Assembly: GCA_902615995.1 (NCBI GenBank) | Contig: CACMRF010000003.1 | Coordinates: 10,068 to 74,067 of the forward strand | Origin: an uncultured SAR116 cluster alpha proteobacterium | GTDB lineage: Bacteria; Pseudomonadota; Alphaproteobacteria; Puniceispirillales; Marisalimonadaceae | DNA: 64,000 nucleotides | Direction of reading: 5' to 3' | Shown here: positions 47,703 through 57,411 of the stretch, in pieces | Layout: every line of letters begins with the position of its first letter | Position numbering within the stretch: position 1 is the stretch's first letter | Translations under genes and position numbers: made by a program | The notes under the pieces: model-generated | Told to the model about the DNA's origin: nothing | What the model saw: the letters and a program-made list of their open reading frames with translations, nothing else | Database searches by the model: none

Positions 47703-49084
47703 TAAAAATAATCCAATCTAACAGATAAAAGTTCTTGAACTTTTTTAATTGATTTAACTGGAACAAACATAACTAATTTATCACCAGGGTCAATTGTTGA
47801 ACTGCCCCTTGCTGGTATAATTTCATTATCTTTTTTTACTATAGATCCTATAGAAACATTTTTAGGTAACTTAATCTCTTTTAAAGGCATCCCAATAATT
47901 GAGGATGTTTCAAGAGCCTCAACTGATATAACTTCTCCAAATTCTTCAATAATTGAATGAACAGCTTCAATTTGACCTTTTCTAATATACTTTAAAATTG
48001 ACGACACTGTTATAACAGGTGGACTTATTACTGCTTCTAAATCTAATGTATTTACTAAAGGAAAAAATGCTGGTTGATTTAATAAAACAATACAATGTTT
48101 TGTTCCTGATCTTTTTGCTAGTAGTGATGACAAAATATTAACTTCATCATGATTTGTAGCTGAAATAAATGATGTTTCTTTACCCACTCTAGCTTCTTTT
48201 ATTATTTCTGGATCTAGTGTATCTCCAGAAATGATTGATGCAAACTCTAACTGCTCAGCTGCATTTCTTGCTACATTTTTATCTAACTCAATAAAAGTAA
48301 GATTTGTATCAGGTGAGATTTTATTTATCATATCTCCAATCATAACACCTAAATTACCAGCACCTGAAATTATGACATTATGAGAAGTTATTTCTGAATG
48401 TCCAAATGCCGCTAAAGTTCTTTCAATTTGATCAGTTTGACAAGACAGATATATTCTATCATTTATTTTTAGAGCATCATCTCCAGATCTTGGTATAATT
48501 AGGTTATTATCTCTAATTATAGCCATTATTGTAGCATTTAAACCTGGAAATAAATCTACTAATTCTCTTAATGGCGTATCTAATATTGGACAATTTGAAT
48601 TACATAAAATTCCAAGCATTGTTACATATGAGTTACAAAATTCTGCAACATCAAATGCTCCTGGAGTTCTCCATTGTTTTACTATTGCTGAAGCAACTTC
48701 CTCTTCAGGAGAAATAATATGATCTATTGGGATTTTTCCTTCTTGAAATAAATTTAACAACTCTTCACTGAGATATTCTCTTGATCTAATTCTAGCAATT
48801 TTTGTTGGTATATTAAAAAGTAGATTGGATAAATGACAAGCCATAATATTAATCTCATCAGATTCAGTTACAGCAATCAACATCTCGGCATCCTCAATTC
48901 CTGCATTTTTCAAAACAGCTGGATGAGAAGCTAAACCTAAAACTCCTCGTACATCATAAAGATCTGTTATTCTTTTAAGAGCCTCAGAATTTGAATCAAT
49001 AACAGTTATATCATTATTTTCGGTTGAAAGATGCTCCGATATTGAGATCCCAACTCTTCCAGCACCACAAACAATAATTTTCAT
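47702..49084 (-). CDS. trkA: Trk potassium uptake system NAD-binding protein
   Basis: Two Rossmann/RCK modules (MKIIVCGAGRVG and VIISGAGNLG). 460 aa. Confidence 0.9.
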   Translation of the reverse strand: MKIIVCGAGRVGISISEHLSTENNDITVIDSNSEALKRITDLYDVRGVLGLASHPAVLKNAGIEDAEMLIAVTESDEINIMACHLSNLLFNIPTKIARIRSREYLSEELLNLFQEGKIPIDHIISPEEEVASAIVKQWRTPGAFDVAEFCNSYVTMLGILCNSNCPILDTPLRELVDLFPGLNATIMAIIRDNNLIIPRSGDDALKINDRIYLSCQTDQIERTLAAFGHSEITSHNVIISGAGNLGVMIGDMINKISPDTNLTFIELDKNVARNAAEQLEFASIISGDTLDPEIIKEARVGKETSFISATNHDEVNILSSLLAKRSGTKHCIVLLNQPAFFPLVNTLDLEAVISPPVITVSSILKYIRKGQIEAVHSIIEEFGEVISVEALETSSIIGMPLKEIKLPKNVSIGSIVKKDNEIIPARGSSTIDPGDKLVMFVPVKSIKKVQELLSVRLDYF

Positions 49085-49099
49085 AATTTTACCATAAAC

Positions 49100-50470
49100 T
49101 TATTTTTCAATCTTTATATCTAACTCTTTTATTTTTCTATGTAAAGCTGAACGGTCCATTCCAACAAAAGTTGATGTTTGAACTATATTTCCTTTAAATC
49201 GAATTAATTGGGTTTCCAAATATTTTTTTTCAAAAATTTTTCTTGCATCTTTAATAGGTAAATTAAAATCGTAATTATCTTTATGTTCATTATCTTTATT
49301 ACTTTTAAATTCAGGAGGTAAATGAGATATTTCAACTTGAAAATTTTTCTCATTTCCATACATAATTAAAAGCCATTCAATTAAATTCTTTAATTGTCTC
49401 ACATTGCCTTTCCAATTAAAGCTTTGTAATAAAATATAAGTTTCGTCTGCAAAAATTAATTTATTTTTATTAAATAACTTTGAAGCCACTTCCATAAATG
49501 TATTAATTAAAAGATTAATATCTTCAATTCTAGAATTAAGAGATGGTATGGATATTGGCACAACAGACAATCTGTAATATAAGTCTTCCCTTAAAATACC
49601 ATTCTTTACAGCTTCATTTGGATCATAGCTAGTGCCAGCAATAACTCTAATGTCGATTTTAATTTTTTTATTCGAACCATATTTATAAAAACTTTGATCT
49701 TGTATTACATTAATTAATTTAGCTTGAGTATCTACGGGAAGGTCACAAATTTCATTAAAATAAATAGTACCATTATTAGCTTGTTCAAATAAACTTTTAG
49801 CATCATTTTTGTTTTTATTATCATTAAAACCAAAAAGTAATTGATCAACCATTTGATTAGATAGACTAGCGCAAGCAGCAACTACAAATGGATGATTCAT
49901 TCTGTTTGACAATGAATGAATAAAACGTGCACAGGTCTCTTTACCTGAACCAGACGGACCACTTATAAGTATTCTACTATTACTTTTTGACACTTTGATA
50001 CAAATATTTTTTACATTTTTTATCTTAGATGATTTTCCAATTATATGATTGCTTTTAAGCCATTCATTATTAGAGTCCATTAATTTTATCTTTAAATCTC
50101 TTTCTTGAAGAGCTTTTTTTACTAAAAATAATAATCTATCAGAGTTAAATGGTTTTTCTAGAAAATCATAGGCACCATTCTTAGCAGCATTCATGGCATA
50201 CTCAATAGTACCATGACCAGACATAATTAAAACTGGTGTAAGAGCATTGTAGGCTTTACACCATTCAAGCAATTCAAAGCCCTCTTTTTCATTATCATTC
50301 ATCCAAATATCAGTTATAACCAAAGATATACCTGAATTTTCCATAACCTTAATAGCTTCATCTTTTGAAAATGCACTATTAACTGAATAACCATTCTCAC
50401 TTAATATATCAGAAATTAAATCACAGATATCAGTTTCATCGTCTACAATTAAAATTTTATTATTTATCAT
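49100..50470 (-). CDS. ntrX: NtrX-like response regulator (receiver + degenerate AAA+ + Fis-type HTH)
   Basis: Receiver domain (ILIVDDE...VITDIWM), Walker A GPSGSGKE, WKGNVRQLKN, C-terminal HTH. Follows the ntrY-like kinase gene. Confidence 0.8.
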   Translation of the reverse strand: MINNKILIVDDETDICDLISDILSENGYSVNSAFSKDEAIKVMENSGISLVITDIWMNDNEKEGFELLEWCKAYNALTPVLIMSGHGTIEYAMNAAKNGAYDFLEKPFNSDRLLFLVKKALQERDLKIKLMDSNNEWLKSNHIIGKSSKIKNVKNICIKVSKSNSRILISGPSGSGKETCARFIHSLSNRMNHPFVVAACASLSNQMVDQLLFGFNDNKNKNDAKSLFEQANNGTIYFNEICDLPVDTQAKLINVIQDQSFYKYGSNKKIKIDIRVIAGTSYDPNEAVKNGILREDLYYRLSVVPISIPSLNSRIEDINLLINTFMEVASKLFNKNKLIFADETYILLQSFNWKGNVRQLKNLIEWLLIMYGNEKNFQVEISHLPPEFKSNKDNEHKDNYDFNLPIKDARKIFEKKYLETQLIRFKGNIVQTSTFVGMDRSALHRKIKELDIKIEK

Positions 50471-50481
50471 AAGTTTCTTGG

Positions 50482-52638
50482 TTATTTATTGTTAATTGGA
50501 AATTTAATTTTTACTTTGGTCCCTTTTTCAGATGATTCTATAACAATTTCACCATTATGGTCTTCAATTATTTTTTTAGAGATAGCTAAACCTAAACCTG
50601 TTCCATTTTTTTTTGTAGTAAAATATGGTTCTAGTATCTTAATTTTATTTGCTTCCTTTATGCCAACACCATTATCTTCTATACTTAATAAAATAGAATT
50701 TTGAGTTATAATCGACGAAAAAATTATAATTTTACTAGAAATGTCATTTTCTTGAAAGTTTTCAGAAGAATTTTTAATAACATTAGCAATAACTTGTCTT
50801 AATTGTTTTTCATCAGCGTAAATTTTTAGTTTTTTATCAATATTGCTAAAAGAAGTTTTGTCAAACTGAATATCAGGATAAGATGTTTTAAAAAAATTAT
50901 AAGTATCGTCTATAAATTTATTATAATTTATATTTTCTAGAATTGGACTTGGCAATCTAGAAAAAGAAGAAAACTCGTCTATCAAATGTCTTATATCATC
51001 AACATTTTTTAAAATCATTTCAGAAGTGTTTAATAATTTATTATCTGATTGAATTAATGTAGAATTAGCTATTCTTTCCGCACCTAATCTTATAGGAGTA
51101 AGAGGGTTTTTAATTTCATGAGCTATTTTTCTAGCAACATCTGACCAAGCAACCAACTTTTGTGCTTGTATCAGATCAGTGATGTCTTCAAACGTAAGAA
51201 CATATCCTATTATTTTATTTTCATTAATTTGTTTAACAATTCTAGATATTAGAATATATTTTTTATTGTTTTTTAAAAATTCTATTTTTTTTTCAACAAA
51301 ATTATTATTTTTATACTTAATTTCATCAATTAAAATTTGAAATTCAGGAAAAAGTTTTTCAAGTTTTTTATTATAATGTTTTGAGATATTAATTCCCAAT
51401 AGCTTTTCAGCAGTTTTATTAGGTAAATTTATTCTAAAATTTTTATCTAATCCTATTACTCCAGAGTAAACACCAGATAGGACGGCTTCTGAAAATTGTC
51501 TTCTTTGATCCAATTGATCATTTGCTTCTATAAGTTCTGATCTATTATTTTTAATATCAAGCACCATTTTATTAAATGCATTGCCAAGTTTTTTTAATTC
51601 AGTGATTTTATTTTGCAAAAGCGTTTTATTTTTAATTTGATAATTTAAGTTTCCTCTTCCAACTTCTTGAGACGCATGAATTAATTCAGCTATTGGAGAA
51701 ATTAACCTGTTAGACAATCCTAAACCTACATATAAAGATATTAATAGTAAAAATAACGAAATAAAAAGAAATAAAGCTAATATTGAAATTTTGGTATCAA
51801 ATAAATTTAACTCAATAGATTTATAATCGTCAGAAGCAATATTTGATTTGCTTATTGCTTCTAAAACTTTTTGATCAATGAACCTTGAGGTTAACAAATA
51901 TGCATCGACATATTGATCTAACTTTATAAATGCATTTACTTTATTTGAATCTCTATCATTTGAAATTATTATTTTTCCATCATTAGCTAAATCATAATAT
52001 CTATTTGGCAAATCTAGATAATTGATTTCAAATGCAAATTGCGATCTTGCTAGTACATTTCTTGATGACCCAATCAATACAGCTTCTGTGAGATTATTTT
52101 TACTAATATAAAAATTTAAAAATTTATTTATTTTATCTTGATTTGATGAAAATGAGATAGCATTATCATTTAGTATTTTTGCAAATTCTAAAGCCTCTCC
52201 TTTAATGGCATTTTGATGCTCAACTAGATACTTGTTAGCAACTTCAACAGATTGAGTAACTGCTGTTGAAATTTTTTCACTAAACCATCCCTCTAAAGCA
52301 GTATTTATTGTAAAAATTGAAAAAGCTGAAATAATTAATGATGGCATTAAACAAACAACAGAAAACAATACAGCCAATTTTTTATGTAGTTCATATCCTG
52401 CAATCTTCAATTTAGCTTGAAAAAAAAGTGTGTATATTTGTTTAAGAACTTTATAAAAAAGAAAAATGACTGGAAAAATTAGACCTATAAAAATCACATA
52501 AAAATAAGTTTGTGACAGATTTTTGATATTTAAATTAAAATTATTAGTATATAAAAGTCCTAATATTAATAAAAGTAATGGAATTAAAAATATAGTATTT
52601 ACTTTTAAAAATTTTTTTAAAGTTAAAAGCTTATTCAT
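50482..52638 (-). CDS. ntrY: NtrY-like sensor histidine kinase
   Basis: 718 aa. N-terminal TM helices, HAMP-like linker, PAS, H-box AHEIKNPLTPI, and HATPase (GTGLGLAISKKI). Confidence 0.8.
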   Translation of the reverse strand: MNKLLTLKKFLKVNTIFLIPLLLLILGLLYTNNFNLNIKNLSQTYFYVIFIGLIFPVIFLFYKVLKQIYTLFFQAKLKIAGYELHKKLAVLFSVVCLMPSLIISAFSIFTINTALEGWFSEKISTAVTQSVEVANKYLVEHQNAIKGEALEFAKILNDNAISFSSNQDKINKFLNFYISKNNLTEAVLIGSSRNVLARSQFAFEINYLDLPNRYYDLANDGKIIISNDRDSNKVNAFIKLDQYVDAYLLTSRFIDQKVLEAISKSNIASDDYKSIELNLFDTKISILALFLFISLFLLLISLYVGLGLSNRLISPIAELIHASQEVGRGNLNYQIKNKTLLQNKITELKKLGNAFNKMVLDIKNNRSELIEANDQLDQRRQFSEAVLSGVYSGVIGLDKNFRINLPNKTAEKLLGINISKHYNKKLEKLFPEFQILIDEIKYKNNNFVEKKIEFLKNNKKYILISRIVKQINENKIIGYVLTFEDITDLIQAQKLVAWSDVARKIAHEIKNPLTPIRLGAERIANSTLIQSDNKLLNTSEMILKNVDDIRHLIDEFSSFSRLPSPILENINYNKFIDDTYNFFKTSYPDIQFDKTSFSNIDKKLKIYADEKQLRQVIANVIKNSSENFQENDISSKIIIFSSIITQNSILLSIEDNGVGIKEANKIKILEPYFTTKKNGTGLGLAISKKIIEDHNGEIVIESSEKGTKVKIKFPINNK

Positions 52639-52665
52639 CTTTTTATAAATAATTTATAAAGATTA

Positions 52666-54117
52666 TTATAAACTATTTTTTCTAACTTTCCTAACAGTTA
52701 CACCTAATTCTGATATTTTTTTTCTTAAGGTGTTTCTATTTAATCCTAATATAGAAGATGCTTTAATTTGATTTCCTCTAGTGTAATTTAATATATTTTC
52801 AATAAGTGGTTTTTCTACTGTTCTGATAAATTCATCATATACATTCATATTAATCGAATTGTCATTAAAAGAAGATGTAAGCTTACTTATACGCTTTTCA
52901 ATTAAATTTTCTAAAGTTAAATTTTCATCATTTTCATTAATTTCAAAGGAATTTTTCAGATGATCTTTTACGTCTGAAACTGTGATTTTATGATTAGATA
53001 TGGAAAGCGATAATCTTTCAATTAAGTTTCTTAATTCTTGAATATTCCCAGGCCAATGATAAGTCTTTAAAAAGTTTAATGATAATTCATCAATTGATAG
53101 TTTGTTATTATTTTTAACATTAAAAGTATTTATGAAATAATTTATTAAACTTGGTAGATCTTCTAATCTTTTTCTTAAAGATGGCAAGTATATTGGCATA
53201 ACATTTAACTTATAATAAAGATCTTCTCTAAAATCTCCTTTTTCAACAAGTTTAATAAGATCTTTTTTTGATGTTGCAATTATTCTAGTATTCGCTTTTA
53301 GAGATTTTTGATTATTAATCAAATTGAAATTTTCAATGAAATTTAATAACTCATATTGTTCAGCTTGAGATCCTTCACACACTTGATCAATAAAAATTGT
53401 ACCACCATCTAAATTTTTAATGTCATTGATGTATACAGAATTATGATTTTTATCATTTAAATAAAAAGACAAATCCTCATTAATTATTCTAAAATTTTTT
53501 ATATTTAATTTTATAAATGGTTTTTTGTCTGAAAATGTTAAATCATGAATTGACTTAGCTAATAATTTTTTTCCTGTGCCAATCTCTCCATTGATTAAAA
53601 CAGTGATATTAGATTTAATTAATCTTGCAATGATTTTATACGTATCTTGCATAATTTTAGATTTTCCAATGATAGGACCCGATTCATATAAACTTGGTTT
53701 ATCAGAAACAAGATTTTCATCTTCAACAAGTGGTTTTTGGTCTAATAAACCAGATGTCTCGAATATTTTATTCACTAAACCAATTAATTCATCAAGATCA
53801 AATGGTTTAGGAAAATAATAAAAAGCTCCTTTCTTTTCTGCTCTTACTGCTGTAATTAATGTGGATTTAGCTGAAATCACTATTATCTTCATTTTTGGAT
53901 TTAGAGTCTGAATTTTTGGCAAGACATCTAATGTGTCTCCATCAGGAAGACCAACATCAGTTATCATTACATCAAAGTTATCATCATTTAATAAACTCCA
54001 GAAACCAGCTGTTGTAGCACTAGTTTTTACTAGAAAACCGCTTCTCGTAAGTGCCGTCGATAAAACTAATCTTATACTTTTATCATCATCGACTACCAAA
54101 ATTTTTTTCATAATCAT
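52666..54117 (-). CDS. ntrC: NtrC-like response regulator (receiver + degenerate AAA+ + Fis-type HTH)
   Basis: Receiver domain (ILVVDDDKSIR...MITDVGLPDGD), Walker A GEIGTGKK, FREDLYYKLNV, WPGNIQELRN, HTH GNQIKASSILGLNRNTLRKK. Follows ntrB. The start could instead be the second ATG at 54111. Confidence 0.7.
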   Translation of the reverse strand: MIMKKILVVDDDKSIRLVLSTALTRSGFLVKTSATTAGFWSLLNDDNFDVMITDVGLPDGDTLDVLPKIQTLNPKMKIIVISAKSTLITAVRAEKKGAFYYFPKPFDLDELIGLVNKIFETSGLLDQKPLVEDENLVSDKPSLYESGPIIGKSKIMQDTYKIIARLIKSNITVLINGEIGTGKKLLAKSIHDLTFSDKKPFIKLNIKNFRIINEDLSFYLNDKNHNSVYINDIKNLDGGTIFIDQVCEGSQAEQYELLNFIENFNLINNQKSLKANTRIIATSKKDLIKLVEKGDFREDLYYKLNVMPIYLPSLRKRLEDLPSLINYFINTFNVKNNNKLSIDELSLNFLKTYHWPGNIQELRNLIERLSLSISNHKITVSDVKDHLKNSFEINENDENLTLENLIEKRISKLTSSFNDNSINMNVYDEFIRTVEKPLIENILNYTRGNQIKASSILGLNRNTLRKKISELGVTVRKVRKNSL

Positions 54118-55180
54118 CCTTGAGAGTTGTTTTTAGTGGAAAATTTAAACAAAAATTAGTACATCCGTTTTCAGAGGTAACTTCAATGGACCCATCTAAT
54201 GTTCTAATTGAATTTGAAACAATTGATAATCCCAAGCCTTTACCATCTTGTTTTTTTGTAACAAATGGATCAAAAATATTTTCAAAATCTGATTCTGGAA
54301 TTCCTATTCCAAAATCAATAACTTCGACTTGTAAAGGTTTTTTTTCTGGCAAATCATTTTCGTTTAGTAAAAACTTTTTATTAGCATTATACGAAGTTTT
54401 TAAAATAATTTTCCCTGTATTATTTTGTGCTTCAGAAGCGTTTTTAATCAGGTTTGTAAATATTTGAATTAATAATTCTTCATTTGCATAAAAATCTGGC
54501 AATGAAGGATCATATATCTCTTCAAATAAAATTTCATAACCATAACTATTTTTTGCAGAATTTGTACAATAATTTAGTACTTTATGAATGTTAATAAAAT
54601 CTAAAGACATATTTGCCTCCCCTGCAGAGAGATTTTCCATATTTGAAAGTAAATTTTTAATTCTGTCAGCTTCAAATTTTATTAAATCCAGCATTTCTAC
54701 ATAATTTGAAGATTTCAAATCTTTTTGTAATAATTGAGTTGCACCTACTATACCTGAAAGTGGATTTTTTAATTCATGCATTAACATTTCAACTAATGAA
54801 CTAAAAGATTGTGAAATTTTCGAATTAATTTTATGGTAAATAAAAGTTTGATTTTTAAGATTTTGTTCAAAATGAATAACAATCAAATCTTTTTCAACAA
54901 AAGTGTTAAATATACTAACTTTAAGTTGTTTTTTACTTTGATTTCTCAACGAAATTATAAGCTTATCTTCCTTAAGATTTATTACATTTTTAATAGCTTT
55001 ATTGATTAATAAAATTAGTGGTGAATCTTCATCAATTATAGAATTTAAATTTTGGTTTAATATTAAATTTGAGTTTACATAAAAAGTTTCTTCAAATGAT
55101 GCATTTACATATTTAATATCTTTTTCTTTGTTTATAACAAGAATTGGATCTATAAAGCTATTTAGTATATCATTAAACAT
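54086..55180 (-). CDS. ntrB: NtrB-like sensor histidine kinase (cytoplasmic PAS-HisKA-HATPase)
   Basis: H-box MHELKNPLSGI. N and G boxes (IFTNLIKNASEA, GKGLGLSIV). No TM helices. Overlaps the ntrC start. Confidence 0.75.
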   Translation of the reverse strand: MFNDILNSFIDPILVINKEKDIKYVNASFEETFYVNSNLILNQNLNSIIDEDSPLILLINKAIKNVINLKEDKLIISLRNQSKKQLKVSIFNTFVEKDLIVIHFEQNLKNQTFIYHKINSKISQSFSSLVEMLMHELKNPLSGIVGATQLLQKDLKSSNYVEMLDLIKFEADRIKNLLSNMENLSAGEANMSLDFINIHKVLNYCTNSAKNSYGYEILFEEIYDPSLPDFYANEELLIQIFTNLIKNASEAQNNTGKIILKTSYNANKKFLLNENDLPEKKPLQVEVIDFGIGIPESDFENIFDPFVTKKQDGKGLGLSIVSNSIRTLDGSIEVTSENGCTNFCLNFPLKTTLKDDYEKNFGSR

Positions 55181-55269
55181 GTTATTAATATAATCACAAT
55201 GATTAAAAAATGAACATTATTTATAGCATATCAGAATATATTATTTTTTAGTATAAAAATTAGGCAAAC

Positions 55270-56466
55270 ATGAATTTAGTTTTCGTAATATTAGCTGCAG
55301 GCTTAAGTGAAAGGTTTAGATCTAAAAATAATAATATTGAAAAACAATTTTACTTAATAAATAAAAAATCAATATTAGAAATATGTATAGAAAATTTTCT
55401 TGAATTAAAATTGGATAGTAAATTATTTATTGTTGTTTCAGAAACTAGGTACAATGATGCTGTTAAAATATGTAATAAATATAATTTAACAGCACCTATA
55501 ATAGGTGGAAAGACAAGACAAGAGAGTATATTCAAAGCTCTAAAAAAAATTAAAAAATATAAACCCCTAAATGTAATGATACATGACGCTGCAAGGCCAT
55601 ATATTAATAAAAATATAATTGAAAAACTAAAAAATAATATTAAAAATGATGTCTCATGTGTTGTCCCAGCTTTAAAAGTTTCAGATGCTATTATAAAAAA
55701 TAAAACCAACAAAAAAGTTAAATATTTAAATAAAAAAAACTATCTTTTAATTCAAACACCACAAATATGTAATTTCGAGAACCTAATGTTGTCTCATAGA
55801 AATGTTTATAAGAAACAAAATTATGATGACGATTCATCTTTATTAATAGAAAATGGTTTTGGAGTTAAATATATAGAAGGTGATCCAAAATCGTTAAAAA
55901 TTACATATGAAGAGGATTTACATTTAATTAAATCAATTTTAGAAAATCAAAATATGAAAAATTATATAACTAAAAATGGGATAGGTTACGATGTTCACAA
56001 GCTTGTAAAAATTAATTCCAAAACAAAAGACAAAAAACTGATTTTGGGTGGATTAAAAATTGATAATGGCTATTTCTTGAAAGGACATTCTGATGCAGAT
56101 GTGTTACTTCACGCTATAACTGACAGCATATATGGTGCATTAAATGAAAATGACATTGGTTACCATTTTCCTCCTACTGAAAATAAATGGGAAAATTGTG
56201 ATAGCTTCGTATTTTTAAAGCATGCATTAAACAAATTAAAAGAGAAAAATGCTGAATTAATTCATATTGACACTGTCATAATCACTGAAAGTCCTAAAAT
56301 TCTAGATTATGTAGATGAAATAAAAAATAACATTTCAAAATCCACAGATATAAATAAAGAAATTTTATCAATTAAAGGTAAATCAAATGAAGGAATAGGA
56401 TTTATTGGAAGAAAAGAAGGTATTGCTGTTTTTTCTAATACAACCATAAAAATTATTGATGATTAA
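55270..56466 (+). CDS. ispDF: Bifunctional 2-C-methyl-D-erythritol 4-phosphate cytidylyltransferase / MEcPP synthase
   Basis: IspD N-terminal AAGLSERF. IspF half with GIGYDVHKL and GHSDADVLLHAITDS. Confidence 0.95.
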   Translation: MNLVFVILAAGLSERFRSKNNNIEKQFYLINKKSILEICIENFLELKLDSKLFIVVSETRYNDAVKICNKYNLTAPIIGGKTRQESIFKALKKIKKYKPLNVMIHDAARPYINKNIIEKLKNNIKNDVSCVVPALKVSDAIIKNKTNKKVKYLNKKNYLLIQTPQICNFENLMLSHRNVYKKQNYDDDSSLLIENGFGVKYIEGDPKSLKITYEEDLHLIKSILENQNMKNYITKNGIGYDVHKLVKINSKTKDKKLILGGLKIDNGYFLKGHSDADVLLHAITDSIYGALNENDIGYHFPPTENKWENCDSFVFLKHALNKLKEKNAELIHIDTVIITESPKILDYVDEIKNNISKSTDINKEILSIKGKSNEGIGFIGRKEGIAVFSNTTIKIIDD

Positions 56467-56935
56467 TAATATATTTCTTATAAAATTTTCAGAAATTTAC
56501 CCTATTGGAAAATTTAAATATGCCCCTGGCACAATAGCTTCCTTATTTACATGCATTATATTTTTTTATTTAAATACATATTTACAATTAGAAATAATAA
56601 TTTTGATATTTTTTATTGTTTTTTTTTTAAGCCTTCTATCAATACAAAATTATTTAAAATTATATGGAAATAAAGATCATCAAAGCATAGTAATTGATGA
56701 ATTTTTAGGTCAATATGTTGCTTTATTTTCAATTCCATTATTTGAGCTAGAAAACAATATCATTAATATTAGTATTATATTTTTATTATTCAGATTTTTT
56801 GATATTTCTAAAATTGGGTTAAGAGGTATAGAGAAAATACCAGGTACATTTGGCATTTTATTTGATGATATTATTGGTGGCATTTATACAATTCCTGTAA
56901 TATATTTTATATTTTTATGGTTTGGAAAGATATAA
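56459..56935 (+). CDS. pgpA: Phosphatidylglycerophosphatase A
   Basis: PGTIASLF, VIDEFLGQ and FRFFDISK blocks. ATG at 56459 preferred over TTG at 56456. Confidence 0.8.
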   Translation: MINNIFLIKFSEIYPIGKFKYAPGTIASLFTCIIFFYLNTYLQLEIIILIFFIVFFLSLLSIQNYLKLYGNKDHQSIVIDEFLGQYVALFSIPLFELENNIINISIIFLLFRFFDISKIGLRGIEKIPGTFGILFDDIIGGIYTIPVIYFIFLWFGKI

Positions 56936-57411
56936 ATAAAGAAAGTAAAGTGTTAATAGATAAATTAAAACTATTATCTTTTAAAATTAGTGCTGCAGAA
57001 AGTTGTACAGGTGGTTTACTATCATCTGCGATTGTAAACAATTCAGGTGCAAGTGATGTATTTGAAAGAAGTTTTATAACCTATTCAAATGAAGCAAAAG
57101 TAAATATTTTAAAGATAAATGACAATATAATTGAAGAGTTTGGTGCTGTTAGCAAACAAACTGCATATCATATGGCTTCAAATTTAGTAAATAACTTTAG
57201 TACAAATGTTGGAATAGGAATTACAGGAATAGCTGGTCCAAATGGAGGGTCAAAAAATAAACCAGTCGGTTTAGTTTGGGTGGGTTTTGGAACTAAAAAC
57301 AAAATTACAACAAAAAAATTTTTGTTTAATGGAAATAGGCTAGATATAAGACTTAAAGCTACGCTAGAAAGCTTAAAAGAGTTAAATAATTTTTTAAAAA
57401 ATTACCCGTAA
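56917..57411 (+). CDS. cinA: CinA C-terminal domain protein / nicotinamide-nucleotide amidohydrolase (PncC)
   Basis: AESCTGGLL and GITGIAGPNGGSKNKPVGLVW motifs. Confidence 0.85.
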   Translation: MVWKDINKESKVLIDKLKLLSFKISAAESCTGGLLSSAIVNNSGASDVFERSFITYSNEAKVNILKINDNIIEEFGAVSKQTAYHMASNLVNNFSTNVGIGITGIAGPNGGSKNKPVGLVWVGFGTKNKITTKKFLFNGNRLDIRLKATLESLKELNNFLKNYP

